From assembly GCA_964356375.1 (NCBI GenBank), contig CAYHGT010000002.1, forward strand, positions 7,056 to 71,055: 64,000 bases of DNA. The letters run 5' to 3'. A model generated the notes under the pieces. That model was given only the letters and a program-made list of their open reading frames with translations. It did no database searches and had not been told where the DNA came from. This document shows, one piece after another, positions 40,975-50,738 of the stretch; positions within the stretch are counted from its first letter, which is position 1, and each line of letters opens with the position of its first letter. The DNA is from an uncultured Candidatus Saccharibacteria bacterium. GTDB lineage: Bacteria; Patescibacteriota; Minisyncoccia; UBA6257; GWB1-50-10. The translations under genes and the position numbers were made by a program.

Positions 40975-41130
40975 GGTGAACCTGCCTTTCTGCAGTAGTT
41001 TAAATTCTGAATTTGGTTTGTTAAGGAGCGGAAAACCTTGGAATTACCAAGGAGTTCTGTGTGCATAAATTAACATCATTGACTTAAAATGTCAAAGAAA
41101 AATGCCCCGCGATTTGCGGGGCAGAATATT

Positions 41131-41913
41131 TCAATGCATTTTTTGGATTCCTTGAACCACGGTGACCGTCTTCACTTTGTTCGCGCGAAGATACTCAATA
41201 GTTGTCTGCAACGTTTCAGGTGTTGCGGAATAGGGGGAGCCGTTACGGTCAATGCTGTGAAAGAGCAGAATGAGCCATGTACGATTCGCAACGGCCGTAT
41301 CAATCCATTTCGCGATTTGTTCCGGCGTAATAGTGATCACTACAGTTTGGTCTTTCAATAAAAATCTATTGCCGTTTCTAAAATTGAATCCAGGGACACA
41401 CGTCCTTGCGCCGATATAGCCACTATGTTTTACAACTTCGACCACGCTATTGTTGTAATCATCATATGGATAGGCAAATGTACGCGCACGAATCTGGAGC
41501 AACGCGAGGTCCTTTTTGGAACCCACGACTTCTTCTTTCATCTTATTTTCGGGAATCCGCGTAAGATACGGATGTGTGCGCGAGTGCGAGCCGACTTCCT
41601 GTCCTCTAGATGCGAGCTTCCGAATGTCGGTCTCACTCATATACAGGTGGTCCGCCTTGCGAGGCGCGTCGGTTATCACGAAATAATTCGCGTGCATTTT
41701 TGCGGAGCGGAGCATGGGGAGCGCTACATCGTATGCGCTCTTATAGCCGTCATCAAAGGCGATGGTGACCATGCCCTCGCTAAAGGGCTCGCTGGCCGAC
41801 TCCTTCCCGCCACTTACAAGTGGTTTTGTGTGTGTCGCACACGGAAGAAGTAATGCCAAAAGGCATGCCGTTATGAGTGCAAAGATTAAGCTCAGCCCTC
41901 TGATTGATTTCAC
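41131..41913 (-). CDS. secreted polysaccharide deacetylase (CE4)
   Basis: AFDDG, HSRTH, FAYPY, LLFH. Confidence 0.92.
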   Translation of the reverse strand: MKSIRGLSLIFALITACLLALLLPCATHTKPLVSGGKESASEPFSEGMVTIAFDDGYKSAYDVALPMLRSAKMHANYFVITDAPRKADHLYMSETDIRKLASRGQEVGSHSRTHPYLTRIPENKMKEEVVGSKKDLALLQIRARTFAYPYDDYNNSVVEVVKHSGYIGARTCVPGFNFRNGNRFLLKDQTVVITITPEQIAKWIDTAVANRTWLILLFHSIDRNGSPYSATPETLQTTIEYLRANKVKTVTVVQGIQKMH

Positions 41914-42047
41914 TGAACCCTCCTATGGGTGGTAAGTTTCTAAATATAAAATACATAAAATAGGTTTGTTCGTCAAGGATAGCGGTGAAAATATAAATTG
42001 TATACTTATAGAAGGACTCGAAATCCTAAATTATTTTTTTAATCGGT

Positions 42048-42443
42048 ATGGACAAAAAGATTTGGCTCGCGCTCGCGGTGGTGGCGCTTCTTGCGGTGGG
42101 GTGGTATGTGGTAAGCAAAAATACGTCGGCTCCCTACGCGTCACAAACAGGTGGCACGGAGGATGTGAAAACATTTGCGGTCTCGGGAAATGAATTTAGT
42201 TTCGCACCGAGCGCAATCAGTGTGAAAAAAGGCGAGACAGTAAAAGTCGTATTCACAAATACGGGAAAGTATCCGCACAATTTTGTAGTAGATGAACTTG
42301 GTGTGAAGTCGGAAACCATAAATCAGGGCGCAACAATCGAAACAACGTTTATCGCAAGTAAGGCGGGTGCGTTTGCATTCTATTGCAGTGTGGGCACGCA
42401 TCGCACAAAAGGAATGGTTGGCACGATAACCGTCGGGGAATAA
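42048..42443 (+). CDS. cupredoxin domain protein
   Basis: HNF, FYCSVGTHRTKGM type 1 Cu ligands. Confidence 0.92.
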   Translation: MDKKIWLALAVVALLAVGWYVVSKNTSAPYASQTGGTEDVKTFAVSGNEFSFAPSAISVKKGETVKVVFTNTGKYPHNFVVDELGVKSETINQGATIETTFIASKAGAFAFYCSVGTHRTKGMVGTITVGE

Positions 42444-42525
42444 AAATTGTTTGATAAAACCCGAGAATCTAGGTAAAACGTAAACAGTTCATTAATCGCA
42501 GTTTCATTCTCACAAGGAGAGAATA

Positions 42526-42747
42526 ATGAAAACACTGATAGAAATCTCCGCACTTCTTGGGATTCCGCTTTCCGAGGTTGAGGAAGCGCTTAATCAGAAG
42601 ATCGCTCAAAAAGATTTTGAAGATTTTTCAAAGGCAAAAGAAGGTAGTGACGAACAGAAATCTGCGCTTGAAAAGCTAAATAGAGGGGGCTTAGTCCGAA
42701 AGGCCTACGAATCTTTCGGTCCAGATTCGGAAGACGTGCACCATTAG
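42526..42747 (+). CDS. short orphan related to the 11335 repeat protein (SD-led cassette)
   Basis: AAGGAG SD; GSDEQKSALEK resembles RSEEQEEALEK; terminator 42754-42781. Confidence 0.65.
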   Translation: MKTLIEISALLGIPLSEVEEALNQKIAQKDFEDFSKAKEGSDEQKSALEKLNRGGLVRKAYESFGPDSEDVHH

Positions 42748-42860
42748 TTAATATGCCACCCAATTGGGTGGCGTTTTTTTTGCCCTTTGCCTCATGCGAT
42801 GCAGAGTGGTATATATAAAAGTAGTTCATAACAATTTAATACGACCAAAAAGGAGGGCAT

Positions 42861-44273
42861 ATGAGTAGCCCAAAAATCATTCAGGGTGGTATGGGCGTCG
42901 GTGTCTCTGGATACCGTCTCGCGCGAACCGTAGCAATGCTTGGACAACGTGGCACCGTTTCAGGTGTCGCGCTTGAACGATTAATGACGCGTGTGTTACA
43001 AAAAGGCGATCCGAATGGCGACATTCGACGCGCGCTTTCGCATTTTCCGTTTTCGGAAATTGCCGAAAAAATCATTGCTATGTATTTTGTGGAAGGCGGA
43101 ATTCCGCAAGGGAAGTCCTACAAAGCCATGCCATTCTTTAGCGTAGAGCCCTCGCGCAATCTCATTAATCTCGTAGTCACAGCAAACTTCGTGTGGGTCT
43201 GGCTCGCCAAAGAAGGTCATTCTAATCCGATTAGTATTAACTACTTGGAAAAGGTCTCAATGCCACATATCTATGCGGTTACGGGCGCAATGCTCGCGGG
43301 CGTGGACTATGTGACAATGGGTGCGGGCATTCCGCTTGCAATTCCCAAAGTGCTGGATGATATTGCGAGTGGCAGGGAAGCGAGCTATCGCGTCCCCGTG
43401 GACGGTACTGATATTACAAGTTATTTGATGAGGTTTGACCCCGCAAAGTTTTTTGGGCGCGAACTGCCTAGGATGAAGCGACCGGGTTTTATTCCCATCA
43501 TTGCATCCAATATGCTTGCAAACATCTTTATGAAGAAATTGCCCGCGGGAAGTGTGCAAGGATTCGTAATTGAAGAGCCGACTGCGGGTGGCCACAATGC
43601 GCCTCCGCGTAAATTGATTCTTAACGATTTTAACGAACCGCTTCCCATCTACGGCGAAAAAGATGTCGTGGACTATGAGGCGCTCACCAAACTCGGCGTG
43701 CCATTCTGGATTGGCGGTTCATACGCAAGCCCCGAAAAACTGAAATGGGTGCTCTCGGTCGGAGCCGAGGGCATTCAGGCGGGTTCCATCTTCGCGCTTT
43801 CCAATGACTCCGATATGAATGCGGAAATTCGCAGACGGACACGCAAACTCGGATTTGAGGGAAAACTCATTGTCCGCACCGATATGCGCATCTCGCCCAC
43901 AGGCTTTCCGTTCAAAGTAATCGTTCTTGATGACACGATTGCCATTCCCGAAATCTACGAAGCGCGAGAGCGCGTCTGTAGCCAAGGAGGACTGATTGTC
44001 CTTTATGAGCGTCCTGATGGGAAGATTGGCTACCGATGCCCAAGCGAACCCGAAGCAATGTACGTCGCAAAAGGCGGCGACCTCGCGGATACCGTGGGGC
44101 GCGGCTGTCTCTGCAATGGCTTGATGGCAAATGCTGACCTCGGCGACTCAACCGAAGACATTGTTGCCACACTCGGCGACGATGTAAGCTTCCTCCCGTT
44201 CCTGATGAAGGATAAGAATGATTCCTACTCCGCATCCGATGCCATTGGATATCTTCGCGGCAACTTGCCCTGA
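42861..44273 (+). CDS. nitronate monooxygenase / 2-nitropropane dioxygenase-like flavoprotein (SD-led cassette)
   Basis: IIQGGMGVGVS, GAGIP, AGGH, SPTGFPFK, CLCNGL; terminator 44298-44322. Confidence 0.9.
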   Translation: MSSPKIIQGGMGVGVSGYRLARTVAMLGQRGTVSGVALERLMTRVLQKGDPNGDIRRALSHFPFSEIAEKIIAMYFVEGGIPQGKSYKAMPFFSVEPSRNLINLVVTANFVWVWLAKEGHSNPISINYLEKVSMPHIYAVTGAMLAGVDYVTMGAGIPLAIPKVLDDIASGREASYRVPVDGTDITSYLMRFDPAKFFGRELPRMKRPGFIPIIASNMLANIFMKKLPAGSVQGFVIEEPTAGGHNAPPRKLILNDFNEPLPIYGEKDVVDYEALTKLGVPFWIGGSYASPEKLKWVLSVGAEGIQAGSIFALSNDSDMNAEIRRRTRKLGFEGKLIVRTDMRISPTGFPFKVIVLDDTIAIPEIYEARERVCSQGGLIVLYERPDGKIGYRCPSEPEAMYVAKGGDLADTVGRGCLCNGLMANADLGDSTEDIVATLGDDVSFLPFLMKDKNDSYSASDAIGYLRGNLP

Positions 44274-44332
44274 GCGAAATCGAAGGGATAACTATTTCGC
44301 CACCCGCAAGGGTGGCGTTTTTATCAATAATT

Positions 44333-44963
44333 TTATTTATTAATTTTTAATAGTAAATATCTGAACTGATTTCCTTTTTCTAAATCTGAGATTTTTGAAT
44401 AGTCTTCCCAATGAATTTTATAATTACCAGACAAATTAAGTGGCATTGATCTTCTTGCGCGAGCACCGCGAGCGGTGCGTGGGTGCCATTTCATATTTTT
44501 ACCATTATTTATTTGTCTGCCTTCGCACAAAGAAAATTCCGCACCATTTCCTCCCGCAACGCCATCCCAATAAAGGCGGTCGTTCGTGAGCATAATTGCA
44601 TAACCCCCGAACGCCTTGTCTTCCCGAGTAAATTCCGAAGTAAATTTTTCGAGTCGCACGACATCCTTAATAAAACCATATCTACCGATATCCCTCGCCA
44701 AATCCGGGCGCAAAACAAATCTTTCTCCGTTATTAATAATATCAATTTCAGTCTTTTTATATTTTAGTTCAATCGCATAACCCCGTTCTTCATCTCTTAC
44801 AATAAGATCTGTGTGTTCTTCCAAAAGGAACCTCGAGCCGAATAATTGCGTTTGGGTGGTCTTCATGTATTTGCCACGCCAGTGCATATTGAAAATCCGC
44901 CTCGGAATGAAAAAGTGGTCTATTGACGCTTAGTTTGGACAAGATGGATTCAAAATCAATCAC
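44333..44963 (-). pseudogene. frameshifted PD-(D/E)xK-like hypothetical protein
   Basis: GTG 44963 frame gives RPLFHSEADFQYALAWQIH..IRLEVP; continues in another frame as HTDLIV..AIELKY near 44825. Confidence 0.7.
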
Positions 44964-45060
44964 AAATTATATATATTTAAATCGTATCTCATCGTTAATC
45001 ATAACGCTCACAAAGTTCTACGCAAGTATCTAGTGTATACTCTCCCATTTTTCTGCTACG

Positions 45061-46341
45061 ATGGCGGGAATGGAGGATAAAGCCCCAAAAGACATACTCT
45101 GGGATGTAATCGTAGTGGGTGGCGGCCCCGCGGGCATGATGGCAGCGGGAAGAGCAGCCGAACTGGGTGCCCACGTCGTTTTGCTTGAAAAGAACGAATC
45201 CCTCGGCAAGAAGCTTCTTATTACAGGCGGTGGGCGATGCAATGTGACGAACGCCGAGACCGACACTCGCAAACTCTTGGAAAAGTTTAAAGACGCGGGA
45301 AGATTTCTTTTCTCCGCCTTCTCACAATGGTCAGTTGCGGAAACTTTGGATTTTTTTCATTCAAAAGGAATGCCCACAAAAATAGAGGGGGGCTTGCGCG
45401 TCTTCCCCGTTTCCGATTCCGCAAAATCCGTCTGGACGGTTATGTTTGAATATATGAGGAAAAATAGCGTGATGATTCTCCCTAATTCTGGCGTTGTTGA
45501 AATCGTGAAAGAGGAGGGGAAAGTTGTTGGTGTAAAGTTAAAAAACAAAAGAGTAATTCGTGGTAAGTCCATCATCATTGCAACGGGTGGAACCTCCCGC
45601 CCCGAGACGGGTTCAACGGGGGATGGCTATACGTGGCTGAAAGACATCGGCCACACCGTTATCACTCCCGAGGCCTCGCTCGTACCAATTGCGTTAAAAG
45701 ATAAGTGGGTGAAGCGTCTCGCGGGTGTGAGCTTGGCGGACGTGAAAATCATCGTTTTACAAAATAGCGAGAAACAAGGCGTATCAAAAGGTAAGATTCT
45801 TTTTACACATGTCGGAATTAGTGGTCCGACCATACTCAATATGAGTAAGGATGTCGGCGAACTATTAAAATATGGTCAGGTCATACTTTCCTTGGATCTT
45901 TTGCCAAAGGAGGATTACGGCACACTAAACACGAAGCTCCAAGAATTATTTAAAGAACACGACAAAAAGAATTTCAAAAATGCACTTGTGAATATTGTCC
46001 CATCCGCGATTGCTCCTATTGTGATAGAACTCTCGGGTATTAATCCCGAAACCAAGTGCAATAGCGTAACGCGCGAAGAACGCGTGAAACTGATTCATTT
46101 ATTAAAAGCTATCCCGATGCACGTAGATAAATTGCTCGGCGTGGAAAAAGCAATCGTCACAAGCGGTGGAGTAATACTTAGCGAGGTGGACTTCAAAACA
46201 ATGTCCTCGCGCCTCTATCCAAATCTCTATCTTGTGGGCGATATCTTAAACGTTGACCGCCCCTCCGGTGGCTACTCCCTCCAACTCTGTTGGACTACGG
46301 GCTATGTTGCAGGAACCTCTGCCGTAGAACACACTTCATAA
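45061..46341 (+). CDS. HI0933/BaiN family flavoprotein
   Basis: GGGPAG, GKKLLITGGGRCNVTN, ATGG.S.P.TGSTGDGY, GGYSLQ. Confidence 0.95.
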   Translation: MAGMEDKAPKDILWDVIVVGGGPAGMMAAGRAAELGAHVVLLEKNESLGKKLLITGGGRCNVTNAETDTRKLLEKFKDAGRFLFSAFSQWSVAETLDFFHSKGMPTKIEGGLRVFPVSDSAKSVWTVMFEYMRKNSVMILPNSGVVEIVKEEGKVVGVKLKNKRVIRGKSIIIATGGTSRPETGSTGDGYTWLKDIGHTVITPEASLVPIALKDKWVKRLAGVSLADVKIIVLQNSEKQGVSKGKILFTHVGISGPTILNMSKDVGELLKYGQVILSLDLLPKEDYGTLNTKLQELFKEHDKKNFKNALVNIVPSAIAPIVIELSGINPETKCNSVTREERVKLIHLLKAIPMHVDKLLGVEKAIVTSGGVILSEVDFKTMSSRLYPNLYLVGDILNVDRPSGGYSLQLCWTTGYVAGTSAVEHTS

Positions 46342-46342
46342 T

Positions 46343-46534
46343 ATGGAAAAACTAATCTTCCCAATGCGGATAAATAAATATCTGGCACTTAAAAGAAACT
46401 CCACACGAAGAGAAATGGATGTGCTTATTAAGAAGAATCAGGTTTTTGTAAATGGTGTCCTCGCTAAGCTCGGCGATAAGGTATTGGAGAAAGATGTGGT
46501 TGATGTCCGCTATCGTGGGAAGATGGAGCAATAG
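46343..46534 (+). CDS. standalone S4 RNA-binding domain
   Basis: MRINKYLA..STRREMD.LI....V.VNG..AKLG. Confidence 0.8.
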   Translation: MEKLIFPMRINKYLALKRNSTRREMDVLIKKNQVFVNGVLAKLGDKVLEKDVVDVRYRGKMEQ

Positions 46535-46565
46535 CAAAATCAGTTTGTGGCATACTAATAGCATA

Positions 46566-47405
46566 ATGAAGTTACTAAACAAAATACTACTTATCGCATT
46601 ATTGCTTTCGTTTTCTGTAATTGGAAATATTTCGCATGCAATGGGTGCTACATTCTCACGCGCTCTTACGATCGGCGCTCGTGGCAATGACGTGCTCGCG
46701 CTCCAACAAATTTTAATTACTGGTGGCTTTCTAAAAGTTGCCACCCCAACAAACTACTTTGGTCCCGCAACAAAAACAGCGCTTGCAAAGTGGCAGGCAT
46801 CAATTGGTATCTTTCCTGCGACTGGAAAATTTGGTCCACTTTCGCGAACAAAAATTACCGGACTCACAAAAAAGGTGTCGACCGAAACATCAACCACAAC
46901 AAACACATCCAGCACAACACAGAGCGCGGTGCTTGGAAATACAAAAAACGGCTCGCCAATACGAATTACCATTCCAAAACTTAACGTAGATGCAAAATTT
47001 CAATATAACGGACTTAAATCCGATGGAACGATGGAAATCCCAAATAATGTGGTAGATGTTGGTTGGTTTACGGGAAGCGCGCGCCCAGGAGAAAAAGGTG
47101 TAGCGGTTGTAACGGGACACGTGGCACAGATACGCGGTGGGATACTAACGAAACCGGGTGTATTTAAAAATTTGAATGAGTTGCGCGCAGGAGACACGAT
47201 ATATGTTACAAACGACAAAGGAGCAACGACCACCTTTGTGGTTCGCGAGAGCCGTTTGTATGACCCATTGGCGGATGCCACGAGCGTATTCACCGCAAAA
47301 GATAATGGCTCGCATCTCAATCTTATTACGTGTGAGGGCACGTGGAATGCAGCAAAGCAAAGTTATAGTCAACGCTTAGTAGTCTTTACCGATGCGGTAA
47401 AATAA
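46566..47405 (+). CDS. class F sortase with peptidoglycan-binding domain
   Basis: LTIGARG.DV.ALQ, GH, LNLITC, YSQR. Confidence 0.92.
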   Translation: MKLLNKILLIALLLSFSVIGNISHAMGATFSRALTIGARGNDVLALQQILITGGFLKVATPTNYFGPATKTALAKWQASIGIFPATGKFGPLSRTKITGLTKKVSTETSTTTNTSSTTQSAVLGNTKNGSPIRITIPKLNVDAKFQYNGLKSDGTMEIPNNVVDVGWFTGSARPGEKGVAVVTGHVAQIRGGILTKPGVFKNLNELRAGDTIYVTNDKGATTTFVVRESRLYDPLADATSVFTAKDNGSHLNLITCEGTWNAAKQSYSQRLVVFTDAVK

Positions 47406-47439
47406 AACTTCCCAATCCGTGCTATACTCTAAGCACGAA

Positions 47440-47709
47440 ATGCTTATTTTTGCAGAAACATTATATTATCTCGTCGTATCTTTTGCCATATTGGTAATTG
47501 GCGCGTTAGTTGCGATTATTGCATACCACTTGATTCACATCGCAAAAAACTTGCGTCATATTTCCGATAATCTGGATGATAGCTCAAACGACCTAAAGAA
47601 GCGGATAGAGGAGATTGTTGAGCGTCTTTCCTCGCTTCCCATACTCTCATATTTTTTGAAACAGGACGGAGGACAAGGGTCTCGGACATCACATAAGAAA
47701 AGGTCGTAA
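47440..47709 (+). CDS. TM + coiled-coil hypothetical protein
   Basis: ORF; TATACT upstream; paired with YtxH-like gene. Confidence 0.7.
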   Translation: MLIFAETLYYLVVSFAILVIGALVAIIAYHLIHIAKNLRHISDNLDDSSNDLKKRIEEIVERLSSLPILSYFLKQDGGQGSRTSHKKRS

Positions 47710-47712
47710 TAT

Positions 47713-48057
47713 ATGACTAATAAAACTATGAAAAAACAAACAACAAAAGGGAATGGATACGCATGGTTGGCAGGCGGACTTGTCGGCGCGGCACTTGGTG
47801 TAGGCGCGGCATTACTCGCTGAATCAAAGACGGGAAAGAAAATGGGCAAAGAAATAAAGCACGCAGCTTCGGATTTCTACGCATACATGGCTCCCCAATT
47901 AAAGAAGGTGAAGAAGATGGGGGAGGTAGAATATAAGAAGTTCGTAGAAGAAGCGATGAAGCAATACAGCAAGAAGAAAAAGATTTCCGCGATAGAAGCA
48001 AAGAAGCTTGTAAAAGAAGCTCAAACATCCTGGAGACATCTTAAGAAGAATCTATAA
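47713..48057 (+). CDS. YtxH-like protein
   Basis: GGLVGAALGVGAALLA..KTGK. Confidence 0.75.
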   Translation: MTNKTMKKQTTKGNGYAWLAGGLVGAALGVGAALLAESKTGKKMGKEIKHAASDFYAYMAPQLKKVKKMGEVEYKKFVEEAMKQYSKKKKISAIEAKKLVKEAQTSWRHLKKNL

Positions 48058-48126
48058 ATTCTACTTGTTACGCAAAAACATCCTCTCAAGAGGATGTTTT
48101 TTAATCATTCTTGATATAATAATGGG

Positions 48127-48297
48127 GTGAATACAAAAACTTTTGTTTGGATTGGAATATTTGTGGGCTCTACAATTGGCGGATTTGTCCCGCTTCTCTG
48201 GGGAGGGGATTTACTCTCCTACTCATCAATTATTTTTAGCGGAGTGGGAGCGATAGCCGATATCTGGCTCGCGTACAAACTAAGTAAGCGCTTTTAA
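48127..48297 (+). CDS. 56 aa Gly-rich membrane peptide
   Basis: GTG 6 nt after TATAAT; VWIGIFVGSTIGGFVPLLWG...IWLAYKLS. Confidence 0.7.
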   Translation: MNTKTFVWIGIFVGSTIGGFVPLLWGGDLLSYSSIIFSGVGAIADIWLAYKLSKRF

Positions 48298-48803
48298 ATC
48301 GCGGAAATTGTTTTTACCGCAACTCGACATGTGTCTTCTAATGTATTAAGCATTGGAACATTAGGCGCTTTTTCTTTTATTGTTTTTCGTAAATACCGCT
48401 CATTAGAAAACCCTTTTTCAATTCCTACAACTACTTTTATACCTTTAAGATAATGGCGGGCGATTGCTTCGCCCAATTCAAAGCGTGTGGTTTGCGCATA
48501 CGCCCGTCCCGCTATCTGCTCCGCTTCTTTTGCTAACCAAAAAAGTATTACGCCGTGTTCCGCTGCATAATCTAAATAATGATGCTCCCATTCCACTTGT
48601 CCGTGATAGTCTTTCTCAGAAAACTCGCCAAGCGCTCTTGCTGGCCGTCGAGGAGAGGTTATATGTACCACAGAGCTTATCTTCTTCAGTATCTCAATTG
48701 CTTCCGCCTGCCAATCGGGAGCGCCCTGAATTGGCCCCGCCAAGAAAATTGAAGGACCGCTTAATTCTTTATATTCCGGTGGGATTAGTATTTCTTGATT
48801 CAT
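48294..48803 (-). CDS. nucleoside 2-deoxyribosyltransferase-like protein
   Basis: IFLAGPIQGAPDWQ, QVEWE, ILFW, TRFELGE. Confidence 0.85.
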   Translation of the reverse strand: MNQEILIPPEYKELSGPSIFLAGPIQGAPDWQAEAIEILKKISSVVHITSPRRPARALGEFSEKDYHGQVEWEHHYLDYAAEHGVILFWLAKEAEQIAGRAYAQTTRFELGEAIARHYLKGIKVVVGIEKGFSNERYLRKTIKEKAPNVPMLNTLEDTCRVAVKTISAI

Positions 48804-48810
48804 ATTTTGT

Positions 48811-49425
48811 TTAAAGATGAGACTGGTCGTTCCAAGTGATAAGTTTCCATGCACCGTTTTTCCAGTCACATACCGTAACCCCAGTATTTTCAAGAAAGAA
48901 AAAACTAAAATGAGAAAATGTGTCCGGGGTTAGCTCTTCTCCGAACATCATGAGCGCAATTACACATCGCAATATAGTACCATGTAGCACCACGAGAAGA
49001 TTTTCTTCGGGTCTATTCTTTAAGTAACCAACTAGTTTTATTGCCCTTGTCTTCAAATCAAGGAAATTTTCTTCATCAGAATAGTGGAAATCAGGATTGC
49101 TAAAATTTTTATTGGCAATATTTTGTATCGCTTTCGCTTCAGAGTCATGAACGGATTTTCCATAAATCTCGCTGGGTGCATTTCGTTCACGAGCAAGCTC
49201 TGTCATAGTCAATTCTTTTTTTAATATGTTGGCAATCTCTTTTGCGGTTTGGTGGGCGCGCTCATAATCACTCGCAATTATTGCGTCTATGGGAATATTT
49301 AAAAAACGTTTTGCAACAATCCGCGCTTGTTCCGAACCTTTTTCAGAAAGTGGGGTTGTGCCTGACTGGAATATATTTGCTTGGCCATCGCGGCTTTCTC
49401 CGTGTCGAACAAAATAGATTCTCAT
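48811..49425 (-). CDS. histidine phosphatase family protein
   Basis: YFVRHGES, RAHQTA, HG. Confidence 0.93.
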   Translation of the reverse strand: MRIYFVRHGESRDGQANIFQSGTTPLSEKGSEQARIVAKRFLNIPIDAIIASDYERAHQTAKEIANILKKELTMTELARERNAPSEIYGKSVHDSEAKAIQNIANKNFSNPDFHYSDEENFLDLKTRAIKLVGYLKNRPEENLLVVLHGTILRCVIALMMFGEELTPDTFSHFSFFFLENTGVTVCDWKNGAWKLITWNDQSHL

Positions 49426-49497
49426 AAATAATGTATTAAACCAAGTCATCTCATAGTAATGCAAAAACAGAACACATCAAAGTGTTCCGTTTTGCAT

Positions 49498-49571
49498 TGG
49501 CTGGGGGACTAGGAGTCGGACCTAGATTCACGGCTTCAAAGGCCGCTGTCCTACCATTAGACGATCCCCCA
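49498..49571 (-). tRNA. tRNA-Gln(TTG)
   Basis: TGGGGGA...TCCCCCAGCCA; anticodon arm GCGGC-CTTTGAA-GCCGT; T loop TCCGACT. Confidence 0.93.
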
Positions 49572-49588
49572 ATAGTAACTGATAAACG

Positions 49589-50692
49589 TTATTTCAAACT
49601 CTCTATTATTGCAACCTCGAGCGGAATGATAGGGAACTGGCTGTAACGCATCTCACCATATGCCTTTATGAGATTTCTTAAAAGGACAATGTGCTTATCC
49701 TCAAATTTCTTTGCGTGCAGTTCCAATTTCGCCACGTGATCTGCCATAAGTTCATTCGCAAATAATTTATTCATGTCCGCATTATGCGAAAGCACGGCAA
49801 CACGACGCATATATTGAATGAGGTCTTTTGTGAACTGCACAATATTGTAGCCACCATCATAAATATCCGAGAGCGTTTTTAGTGCGTCCTTAATATTTTT
49901 ATCAAGTAAAAGCTCTGCGAATGTGGAGAGCTTATCAAATCCAACCTTGCCGACCATCGCCTCCACTTCGGACAGTGAGATTTTCTTATCATTAAACGCC
50001 ACAAGTTGATCCAAAAGCGACTCGGCATCACGGAAGCTTCCTTCCGCGGAAGATGCCACAAGTTCCAACGCATCAGCCGAAATATCAATGCCTTCCTCCT
50101 TCGCAATACGCTTCAATTTCTGCACAAGCGTACCGAGCGAAATATGCTTGAAGTGGAATTGCTGTGTGCGCGAGACAATCGTTGCGGGAACCCTATCCGC
50201 CTCGGTCGTCGCCAATATTAAAATTACATACTCAGGAGGTTCCTCAAGAGTTTTCAAAAGCGCATTCCACGCATCCTTTGTAAGCTGGTGTGCCTCATCA
50301 ATAATAAAAACTTTGTTGCGTGCAGAGCTTGGGGAAACGCGCACATTTTCTTTGAGGTCACGAATATCATCAATGCCCCGCGTGGATGCCGCATCAATCT
50401 CAATCACGTCCATACATTTTCCCTCGTCTATTTCCAAGCAGATTCGGCATTTATTGCACGGCTCTCCTTTTGCCATAAACTTCTCATCGCTAAGTCGCTT
50501 CTCACAATTTGCGATTTTTGCGATGAGACGTGCAGTTGTTGTCTTACCCGTGCCTCGCGACCCCGCAAAAAGATATGCGTGTGCAAGTTTATTCTGTCGC
50601 GCTTCTTCGCGTAAAATCTGCGAAATCAAATCCTGCCCGAGCAGATCCTCAAACGTGGTTGGGCGATATTTACGATAAAGCGCGAGTGCCAT
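49589..50692 (-). CDS. dnaX: DNA polymerase III gamma/tau (short, 367 aa)
   Basis: LYRKYRP, GSRGTGKTT, EIDAAS, DEAH, LLKTLEEPP. Confidence 0.96.
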   Translation of the reverse strand: MALALYRKYRPTTFEDLLGQDLISQILREEARQNKLAHAYLFAGSRGTGKTTTARLIAKIANCEKRLSDEKFMAKGEPCNKCRICLEIDEGKCMDVIEIDAASTRGIDDIRDLKENVRVSPSSARNKVFIIDEAHQLTKDAWNALLKTLEEPPEYVILILATTEADRVPATIVSRTQQFHFKHISLGTLVQKLKRIAKEEGIDISADALELVASSAEGSFRDAESLLDQLVAFNDKKISLSEVEAMVGKVGFDKLSTFAELLLDKNIKDALKTLSDIYDGGYNIVQFTKDLIQYMRRVAVLSHNADMNKLFANELMADHVAKLELHAKKFEDKHIVLLRNLIKAYGEMRYSQFPIIPLEVAIIESLK

Positions 50693-50738
50693 ACAAAAAG
50701 GATTATACCCCAAATACGTGCTATAATAAAATAGATAA

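Noticed and set aside
49498-49571. tRNA-Gln as the att site of an island covering the accessory block
   Set aside because: No duplicated tRNA 3' end or integrase seen.
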